From: the human T2T-CHM13v2.0 reference genome, Homo sapiens
Reading direction: 5' to 3' (one strand)
NCBI RefSeq assembly: GCF_009914755.1
Contig: NC_060926.1
DNA: 64,000 nt
Positions 40,421-52,245 of this stretch are shown piece by piece. The translations under genes were made by a program, and so were the position numbers. The first letter of the stretch is position 1. Each line of letters opens with the position of its first letter. The notes under the pieces were generated by a model. The model did not search any database. It was given only the letters and a program-made list of their open reading frames with translations, and was not told the DNA's origin.

Positions 40421-41063
40421 CCTCAAAGTCCTTTATTTTTTGTATGAGTTTAGCAATTCAGAGGAAATCTCTAAGCATAGTTTCTCCTGGGCCAGAGATG
40501 TCTTCCTTGGAACCAGGGAGCCTCTTGCCACATCTGTGTCAATCAACCAATAAATGACTATGCTTAAAGAAGGGCAAAGATGGCAACATCTTTTGCATTT
40601 ATAAACTCAGTCAGCCCTGAGCTTTCACTTTCACTTCCAGCAACACTGTGGAAAACTCTTAGTGGAAACTGCTAACTATTGTTTGCAGTGGGGGTGAGGG
40701 GGTGCAGAGGGGTGCAGGGGGGTGGGGGGAAGAATTTCATTACTTGAAACCCCCACTCTCACCCTGGTTATTAAGGAAATATTTATTCCATTTTTGGAGT
40801 AACAACATAGGGCTTTCTGGACTCTTAATAATCCTTTCTGGACCAGAGGACAAAGGAGTTTCAAGAAATTAGAAGAGAATGCACAATATGTAAATCTATG
40901 TAACATCCAAATCACAGCTTCAAAGTAGAGAACTCCAGGACATTTTCTGCCACTTCTTTTTTGGGTACACATGGTGAATATTGTGAAGCCATGTCAGGTC
41001 TCTCTTATCAAACATCAAGGCATCCAGAACCTACATAACCAGAGCAACTCAGAGGAGCCTGAG

Positions 41064-41368
41064 TTTTTCGTTGCTCTTGTTTTTAGAGACGGTGCCTCAC
41101 TGTGTCACCCAGGCTGGAGTGCAGTGGTGTGATCATGGCTCACTGCAATCTTGAACTCCTGGTCTCAAGCAATTCTGTCTCAGCCTCCCAAGTAGCTAGG
41201 ACTACAGGTGTGTGCCACCAGAACTGGCTAATTGTTTTTAAATTTTTTGTAGAGATGGTGTCTCACTATGTTGCCTGAGCTGGTCTTGAACTTGCTGGCC
41301 TCAAGCAATCCTCACACCTCGGCCTCCCAAAGTACTGGGATTAGAGGCGTGAGCCACTGCACCCAGCC
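41064..41368 (-). mobile_element. AluJ
   Basis: Full dimer with J features; TSD AGCCTGA(G/T)TTTTT starting at 41056 and 41369. Confidence 0.93.
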
Positions 41369-43249
41369 AGCCTGATTTTTTTAATTCCAGTCCAGACCAA
41401 TAAACAGTTTTTCTAAGTCTCTACCAGCTGTTATCTTCTGAGATTCTCAAAAAGGAGCAATGGACACCCCTAAGGTGACAACAATGTGGGGAATGAGCAG
41501 CCAAAGTAAAAAAGGTTTACTGGTTTATCATGTGTTCAGATATTTAAAGTCGTAGGCCTGCTCTGCAGATCCAGATGAAAGGTGGTGCCTTCTGTCACAC
41601 AGTTTCACTGACTATGTCATTACATCAAGAACAACTTCTCATATAACATTCCAACAACAGCAAGTACATGTCATAAATGGCCAATATGATTAACAGTATA
41701 ATTTGTAAAAGTGACCAGGTAAAAATACAGTTGGCTAACCATGTCATAAAACCAATTGAAAAAGTGAAAAGCAAAACAAAACTACCTTGAATCTTTCTAC
41801 TAAATAGCCAGAGTTTTATATAAAGTTAAGAATAAATACTATAAGTAGCAATATACATTGTTAACGTGGGACACAGAGGGGTAAAAACTTCTTAAGGAGA
41901 TTTGAAAATGATTGCACTTGACATAGAAAAGTTTTTCATAAAAGTTCAGCTTCAATAAATACATCTCTACTATATTATTCCATATCATGCATTTTTCTTA
42001 GACTTCAAATTTTAAGTGAGCGACTTTGAATGGATTATCTTTTTTTTATTTTTTGCATATTTCAATGTCAAAAGTTTCCATGCCTTTTCAAGAACATGAG
42101 GCATGTTGCTATGCTCAAGGTCTCTGAAATTTTCTAAAGATTCTGGGTATACAACAAAATATACCCTTGAAGCTACATTTTAAAAAAATTGAATCTGTTT
42201 TGTAGAAATGTGTGCAGCCAAGTTATCAGCTCCTCCAAATAAAAAGAGTTGTACAGACAGCCTCCAGAGGCAGTTTCACCCCATCAAAACTGTGATACCT
42301 TGAAGACTTTTTTTTGTAAACTCTATTAAATTGTCAAGAGCACTTTCAGTATCCCAAGTTAGCAGAGTTTTCACCCATTTTTTAAAGACTTTCCCATAGT
42401 TGGTTTTCTCCCACTTATAAATTTATTAACTCTAAATGCAAATATTTCACTTTATCCCATCATCTTTCCGACAGTCTTGGGCTGTTTTCCTAAAAGATAA
42501 CTGGAATGTTTTAATCCTCAGATTTTGTCAATTAATCCTTTTCAATAATCAAATTTATATTTGAATATTGTATTTAGTGATTCTCTCAGGCCATCTGAAA
42601 CACTGAAATCTGTACATGACAGCAATCATATCATTCAAATCATTCTCTTGCACATGTCACTAAGAGGAAAACGACCCACCATGAATATAGCTATTAATGT
42701 CAAACAGATTGTCATCTGGGAAAACAAAATGCATCAAAATCAGCTTCGGACAAAACACAGCTCTATGGGAAAACACCAGATTTTTATGTGCAAATGTCTT
42801 CAATGTCTGATAGAAATTTTTAAAGAATGAGTTAGCAAAGAATCTGCTCCTCCTCTGCATAATCCAGGACAATGTAATGAAAATAGTTTTCGAGGTAAAG
42901 GGCTTTTAGTCACAGCATATTATGATTTTACCAAAGATGCATTTGCCCCACTTTCTAGTAAACATTATAAAGAAACGTCTGGCTTCTAGATTGGGTAGAG
43001 GGCTCTATTTAGCCTATCAAGGCACAGACCTGTTATAAACTCTGGGGCGCTTGCCAGAATTTTTTTCCCCAGGAACTCTGAGTAAAGATCGTACCTCGAA
43101 AGCAATGTGCGTTGCAAACCACACAGATTTAAGCTCCCACTCTCGCCTCCATAGCTTGGCATCTGCGGCTTTTGGGGTATTCCCCGCCTCCTAAAACTCA
43201 GACTAAATCACCACCTCCCACCACCACCATGCCACCATCCTTGAGCAGC

Positions 43250-44420
43250 TCTCAGGGGCTTAGCACAGAGCGCGTCCGACGCATACCTGCAGCCCTCCAG
43301 GTCCCTGCAGGGTGAACCCAGCTCCCAGCCATGCGCGCACCCACAAACGCTCTCCTAATTTCTCCGCTGCAAACTGCCCACAAATTAGTCACCCACCTCA
43401 CCCCTACTACTTATTCCCCCACGTCCCTGCTGCCTTTTCCCTCTTCCGGGCGGCTTCGTCCCCAACACACCTGTCTACCCCTACGGCTGCCAGACGTCAG
43501 GTGCCCACGCTGCACCCTATCCCGCGCCCCCTCAATCCGACTGGCGCTTCCCTGTCCGCCCCGAAGGTCAGTTTGCTCGGAGCACCCCCTGTCCCCCACC
43601 CCCGTGCTCACCCGCAGACCTCCTCCCAGCTCCCACCCTCGCGGGCGTCGGGAGAGAAACCAGCACCGTACCTGGCGAGAGCTCGGCGGCCGCTGCGAGC
43701 AGCAGGAGAGCCTGGCGGAGCGCTGAGCAGAGCGCCCGGGTCATCGCCACCAGGCGGCCGCGCCGGGGCTGCGAGGCCCCAGAGCAGAGCGAGGCAGCCG
43801 GGGCAGCACGGCCCGCTTTGAAGTTCCCGGGCCGCGGGAGGGGAGCGCGGCACCGACACCCTTTTGAAGTGCGCGGTTGGCTCTAGTCAGTGTGGGCGCC
43901 CCCCTCCCCGGCCGCCCCCATCCCACGCCCCCTGCGGCTGGCGGTGCGCGGCGCTCCTGCCACTGGCCCCGCAGCCGGGCGGGGAGCGGGTGGTGGGGCG
44001 GGCGGCAGAGCCCGCCCCTGCCGCGCCTCCGCCCCCTGCGCCCTCTCGCAGCCGCCCGGGCCTGCTGCTGCAGGGCAGGCAGGCAAAGGCGGCCCTGTGC
44101 CCGGCAGTGAGATCGCCCAGAGCTGGGGCGAAGAAAGAGGGGGCGTGGGGAAGCAGTGCGGAGCCTCCGGGACTAGATACTCAGGAATGGGGCTTCTCAC
44201 GGGAGGAAAAGCCCCACTGAGACTTTAGGGAAACTTCAACTACGCGGCGATTGCGCCCAGGTGATCCGCTCTATAACCTCCCGCAGAAGAGCCAGCCTCC
44301 TAGCTCTCCTGACGTTTGTTGTCCAGGGTCCTTAAGTCCAACCAGGTTGCGCTGTGAGAGCCCCGCGGGCTTCCTACTGGCTTGTCCCACCCCTGCGTCC
44401 TGGCCATTTGTGCCTCTGGG
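43250..44420. promoter_or_regulatory. ACVR1C: CpG-island main promoter and 5'UTR of ACVR1C
   Basis: Very GC- and CpG-rich, several GC boxes (e.g. ~43912, ~43995, ~44011), no obvious TATA box, spans exon 1. The exact TSS cannot be read from sequence. Confidence 0.92.
43672..43744 (-). CDS. ACVR1C: ACVR1C coding exon 1 (73 nt; MTRALCSALRQALLLLAAAAELSP + first base of G; signal peptide)
   Basis: ATG at 43744-43742 (GTGGCGATGA), hydrophobic LLLLAAAA core, donor CCAG|GTACGG with GT at 43671-43670, phase 1. Joins exon 2 in frame to give ...[14 protein letters not shown]..., the recognised ALK7 N-terminus. Confidence 0.97.
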
Positions 44421-44683
44421 GAAGGGCGCCCTCTCTGTTCATCCCTGGAAATGACCAGTTGTCCGACTGCCTTCTGGACCTATAAGCTTTGGTTTAACAA
44501 ACTTCATCTCTTCTTGGGTGCCTTTTGGGAACCCTTCCCTCTATGAATGGCGACCAAAGCTGGACCACCTGCGCCAGGTGATGTGGCCATCTACAATGTG
44601 TGACCCACGTCTGGTGGTAAAAGACCTCACCTATGGAAGATAATTTCGGCAGCTACAACTTCAGCAATTGAAGAACTAAGGGA

Positions 44684-44687
<4 letters not shown>

Positions 44688-44735
<48 letters not shown>
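44688..44735. repeat. (AC)24 microsatellite
   Basis: Pure repeat just upstream of the promoter CpG island. Confidence 0.97.
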
Positions 44736-44738
<3 letters not shown>

Positions 44739-44825
44739 TTAAGGGAAGGGGAAGAATTGTTTAAAGTAGTATATGAAAAACTTGTTTGAGTATTGTTTAA
44801 TCCCTAGAGGCTAACTGTCAAACGG

Positions 44826-44869
44826 GTGCCTGAAAATATAAGGCCTGGATTGTGCCTGAAAATATAAGG
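44826..44869. repeat. 18-bp direct repeat GTGCCTGAAAATATAAGG with an 8-bp spacer
   Basis: Copies 44826-44843 and 44852-44869. Confidence 0.93.
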
Positions 44870-45723
44870 ACAACGGCAACATTACCAATTTATAGAAATT
44901 AAATTCAATTCACCTATGGAGCCTGAACATTAAAGTGAATGGGATTATTTCAATCTGAACAACGCGAAAAAGCAAGAATACAATACTGGTGTTATTACTA
45001 CTGTTGGGGGTTCCTTGAAAAGTGATAGCGTCATAAAAATTGCTTTAGAGTAAAACATTTCTTGCTTCTTCACCTAGCTCAGGACTAAATTATATGCTAG
45101 GTGTTCTAAGTTCTATGAAAGACCTATGGTGAAATGTTGTATGTAATTGACTTTATTATCAAAGGATCACAGTATGGGAGATGAGATGGTTGTTGGACTT
45201 TGAGATGTGGGTGGCATCCTGAGGATCTTTTCTGCCACCATCTTATATTCCTAAGCACAAAAAAACTTTGTTCTTGTTTTATCCTGGATCCAAACAAACA
45301 AAAAACTGGAGATGTGGGACAAATCTGAGCCCTTTCAGACACCCACAAAACAGATGCTTTTTTAAAAAGGCAAGAAACTGCTAGGACACATTATATTTTG
45401 TCTGGTTTGGCTTGCTAATTATTTGATAACTGCACCTTAAATTGTGATCTGCCAATAGATCATGATACCGGGAGCCTAAATAGCAGAATGTAATGAACTT
45501 TCTGGGTCTGCTTCCTCAAAAGTAAATGGAACTTAATTCCTCCCTATTTCCCAGAACTTTGACCAGGATCAAAAAGGGTAGTGTATGAGAGAGCATTGTT
45601 AAACCATACACATTACAACAATGGCAGGGATTTACTCCCCACATACTTATTTTGTCTCTAAAGCAACATCCTCTGCAAGTTGTAAAGCTCTCATTTGCAA
45701 AAAAAAAAAAAAAAAAAAAAAAA

Positions 45724-46043
<320 letters not shown>

Positions 46044-46103
46044 TCAAATATTGAATAACTCCAATATTCTACACAAACTCAATGCTTTCCTCTTAGTCTA
46101 ATG

Positions 46104-46421
46104 GTGCGTTATCAACACGGTAGCCACTAGCCACATGTGAATATTGAGCCCCTGAAATGTGCCTAGACTGAATCGACATATGATGTAAATAAAAAATACA
46201 TGCTAGATCCAAAGATTTAGTACAAAAATAAGAATGTATAAAATACATTACTAATAATTTTATCTTGCTTAAATGTTGCAATGATAGTATTTTGGACATA
46301 GAGTTGAATAAAATATATTATTAAATCAATATTACCTATTTCTGTTTACTTTTTAGTGTGACTACCAGAAAATTTTAAATTACACAGGTGGCCCACATTA
46401 CAACTCTACTGGACAGTACTG
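46104..46421 (-). mobile_element. MER33 (hAT-Charlie)
   Basis: GGTAGCCACTAGCCACATGTG...CTGGACAGTACTG; 8-bp TSD GTCTAATG / GTCTAAAG. Confidence 0.85.
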
Positions 46422-47912
46422 GTCTAAAGAATCCTTAACAGATGGCAAGGATCCTTACCTTGTCTTAAGAACAGTATATATATAGAAAAAAAAAAGAGTA
46501 GTTAGGTATCTTGTCAGTCAGTATATGGCCAGCCAATAAAGGAATCAGGATCTTTTAAATTATTGGTTCAAAGTTCTGTAAAACATCAAGAAAGGTTAGT
46601 ACATCAAAAATCTAAGTACTTTATTTGTAGGAATATTTTAAACTAGGTCTTTAAATACCATTTTCCCCACCCTCTTGTGCATGTTCCAATATCAGTACTA
46701 TGAAAGCTTTGCAGTAAGATGTTAACTACTCTCAGTGTATTGAATCCTAATAGCTAGTAAAGTGTACTCTTAGGAAATTATAAATATTCGTTATATGCTT
46801 GAGTTCTTAATGCCACACTCATGGCAACCAAGAAAAGATCTTAGTCCTTATAATGTGTCCCAATTATACTTTATTTACACACACACACACACGTCCATGG
46901 AAATTAATCCGGTCTTAATCCAATGTCTTTTGAAATGAACCATTAATAAAAAATACTCTTTGGACCATATTTAGTTGTTCATGTCATTGAATATAAACAA
47001 TAGAAATGCATTATTCAAGATGTGATATAACACGTCTTTCTTTCATATTTTTGCACATAACAGAAAAAGATTTACATGCAAGATTCTTTTATTTCACTGG
47101 AAAGAATTTACATGCAAATGTGTTTTTTCAAGATTTAACATCCCCCCCGCCACCTTAATCATCTATTTGTACATATTCATTGCCATAGCAACATTACATC
47201 ATGACTCCTGTATTCTCATAAACCAAAAGAAAACAACAACAAATAATTGAGGGGTTCATAGCCCATCAGCAAAACAGATTTTGTCTGAGTAAATCTTATA
47301 TAAGCAAGGAAACCAGGTATAGGAACTGTAAATTGTAAAGATTTGATACATTGCAGAATAACATCCCAAATTAATAAGGCAGAGAATGGTGTGTAATAAT
47401 TGAGCTTTGAAAAAGACTATCTGTTGGGTGTGGTTTTTTGTTTGGGATTTTTTTTTATCATGCAGGTTCCTTTTATTATTATCCTTTCCAGAATCTCCAA
47501 ACCCATGCATCTTAATTTCTCATTTCATCTTGGAACATGAATTTATCATGGAATGAGCATATGGTGAGGAGGCATGCTACAATAATTTGCTATGCACTAT
47601 CAAGGCCTAATCTTTTCTCATTTTACTGCATTTTTCCTTCCCCAAACTCACATTACCCCTACAGAAGTGCATGGCACACTCAGCTTCACTCATCTCGTCT
47701 CATCTCTTAATCCCAGAAATCTTTGCTTTGGGAAATCTTGGTTTCACTTCTATTCTTTTTTTTTTTTCTTAATTTCCATTCTATGAAAATACTCATGTGT
47801 TTCAGGACCTTTATTGAAATTTTGCAATATGTGTCCTCAATGCATCTACTTCATGAGGCAGCTGTGGTTTCATAAAGAAGAAAAATATGGACCCCTCTGT
47901 GGACATGGTTAA

Positions 47913-48264
<352 letters not shown>

Positions 48265-48348
48265 GCTGCTAAATCTTAAAGTCTATTTTCAGTACTTACA
48301 TTATCTGTTTTCACCATCTTCCAAAGTGGTTACACTCCTTCACTAATT

Positions 48349-49094
48349 TTCTTTTCTTTATTTTTAAATTATTTTTATTTTTATAGATTCAAGGGATGTA
48401 AGTGCAGTTTTGTTACATGCATGTAATACATAGTGGTGAAGTCTGTGGTTTTAGTGTACCCAGCACCTGAACAGTGAATACTGTGCCCAATAGGTACTTT
48501 TTCAACCCTTACCACCAGGCTCCTTCATCCGCCCCTCTTTGGGAGTCTCCAGTGTCTATTTTTCCCATCTTCATGTCCATGTGTACCCTTTGTTTAGTTC
48601 CCACTTACACGTGAAAACATGCAGTATTTGATTATCTGTTTCTGAGTTATTTCACTTAAGATAATGGCCTCCAGCTCCATCCATGTTGCTGCAAAGGACA
48701 TAATTTCATTCTTTTTATGGCTGATTAGTATTCCATGATGTATAGATACCACATTTTCTTTATCCAACCATCTGTTGATGGACACTTAGACTGAATCCAG
48801 GACTTTGTTATTGTTAATAGTGCTGTGATAAATATACAAGTTCAGGTGTATTTTTGATATAATGATTTATCTTCTTTTGGGTACATACCCAGTAGTGAAA
48901 TTGCTGGGTTGAATAGTAGTTCTATTTTCAGTTCTTTAAGAAACCTTCATATTGCTTTCCATAGAGGTCATACAAATTTACATTCCCACCAATAGTGTGT
49001 AAGTGTTCCCCTTTCTCCACCTCTTTGCCAACATCTGTTGATTTTGACTTTTTAATAATGGCCATTCTGACTGGTATAAAATGGTATCTCATTG
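48349..49094 (-). mobile_element. 5'-truncated L1PB-like element
   Basis: L1 3'UTR plus ORF2 tail (ORF 48594-48785 KKNEIMSFAATWMELEAIILSE). Confidence 0.85.
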
Positions 49095-49466
49095 CCTTAC
49101 TGATTGTTATAGCCTGTTAATACTATTGATAGGGTATTTTCCCATAACTCAAATTTTGTCTGTTTTTTCTTTCACTGATCAATGTCAGTATGCTGGGCTG
49201 ATAAGCTATATTCTATATAGGACCTATAAAAGGCAGGTCAGAGATTCAGTTCCAAGTAAGCAAGTCACACCACTTGGATCATATTCTTAGAATGGGCCCA
49301 TAATTACACCCTACCTGAATGAGGTCACAAGGATGTAAGAGAATTAGATGGCATAGTATAAGTCTATGACTTTCTGGGAAGACTCAAAGAAGTTAGTTTT
49401 TAAAAACCCCAGACAAAAACGTGAGGGTTCTGATTATCTTGACTGAAGTAAATGAGTCATTTAAAG

Positions 49467-49762
49467 CTGCTGTGTTAAAGGTGGCAGCCACCAGCCACTT
49501 GTGGCTACTGAGTACTTGAATGTCACTTGTCTAATTTGACATATACTGTATGAAATGCAAACTAGATTTCAAAGACTTAATACCAAAAAAAAGAAAGTTA
49601 AAGTATCTCAATAATGTTTATATTAATTACATTTTGAAATGATAATATTTTTGATATTTTGGGTTAAATAAATTATTAAAATTAATTTTACTTTTCTTAC
49701 ATTTTAATACAGCTATTAGATTATATATGTGGCTCTCATTATATTTCTACTGGATAATGCTC
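49467..49762 (-). mobile_element. MER33 (second copy)
   Basis: GGCAGCCACCAGCCACTTGTGGCTACTGAG...TTTCTACTGGATAATGCT; TSD-like ATTTAAAG / ATCTAATG. Confidence 0.8.
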
Positions 49763-49829
49763 ATCTAATGAATCCTTATTTAATATTAAAGATTATTTTT
49801 CCATACTTGAAATATACCAGCAGCAAGAC

Positions 49830-50500
<671 letters not shown>

Positions 50501-50851
50501 AAGATCTTTCTTCCAATCACATTGCTCCAAATGCAGTTATCTATTACTCTTTTCATTTATTCAATAATAATTCATATTCTGTCAATAAGCAAGTCACATT
50601 TATTTTTGTTTTCTGTTGTCTATTATCATGTTAGCTGTTATTACCATAGTTGGAGCTGGAGTAATTTCATACCCGAATTGTAATTACCGACTAAATCAAC
50701 TCTGTATCTTCACGTTATCCCAATCTTAATGTATCCTCGAGGTTGCCATCAGGACAACTTTCTATTAGCATGACTCTGATTATGTTATTCCTCGCCCTCC
50801 AGTCTTTGATGATCACGCTTGCCTATGGAATCAAGGCAAAATTTTCTAGCA

Positions 50852-51214
50852 CAAAGGTTCTCAAATTTTGTATATCATTATCCCTTTTCACACTTCAGAA
50901 ATTTTAAGGATCCCAAAGAGTTTATGTTTAAGTGGGTTACATCTATAAATATTTGCTATATTAGAAACTAAAATTGAGAAATTTTTAAAACACAGGAATA
51001 TATGCAAAGACATATTTCATTGACCTTCAGATCAATGACATGATTATACATCATGTAGCCTCTGAAAAATTTCAATGTATACTGGTGTGAGACCAAGAGA
51101 GGAAAAGGCAAATAACATCTTGGTATTACTTACAGAAGTAGTTTTCACTTTGTGGACCCCGAAAAGGTCTTGAGCACCCTCAGGGGTATCTGGGCCACAT
51201 CTTGTGAACCACTG
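50852..51214 (-). mobile_element. hAT-Charlie non-autonomous DNA transposon
   Basis: Termini CAAAGGTTCTCAAA...TTGTGAACCACTG, with CTAG-containing flanks. Confidence 0.65.
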
Positions 51215-51224
51215 CCCTAGCTCA

Positions 51225-51870
<646 letters not shown>

Positions 51871-51889
51871 TAAAATATAATGCCTGATC

Positions 51890-52060
51890 TAACACTGGCA
51901 TTATTTATTATTTAAACTCTCTAAATTCTAGTTTCCTTATCTGTAAAATGAAGGTAATATTTGTAGCTGCTTCCTCTGCTTGACGTTAAGATTAAATGGC
52001 ATAGCATGCAAGTGCCAAGGGGCATCTGGCACATGATGAGCATCAATCCACTTTAGCGTG
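51890..52060 (+). mobile_element. MIR
   Basis: AGTTTCCTTATCTGTAAAATG...GATTAAATG...CTGGCACAT. Confidence 0.65.
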
Positions 52061-52119
52061 TTGAGTTATGAAGGTGATGTTCATGATCCTGAGGCCACTG
52101 AACACCAACTTAAAAAAAA

Positions 52120-52245
52120 ACCCTTGTACCCCAAACTCCCAAGTTGATCATTACATATTCTACACATGTAACAAACACTCATATGTCACCCATAAATATG
52201 TAAAATATCGTGTCTCAATAAAATAAAAACAAAAACAAAAACATA
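52120..52245 (+). mobile_element. L1MA 3' terminal fragment
   Basis: TTGATCATTACATATTCTACACATGTAACAAA...CCCATAAATATGTA plus A-rich tail. Confidence 0.65.

Noticed and set aside
43312-44454. Many overlapping Pro/Ala/Gly/Arg-rich ORFs on both strands (up to 169 aa)
   Set aside because: Expected in GC-rich DNA poor in stop codons; no domains. Only the 73-nt exon 1 frame is supported.
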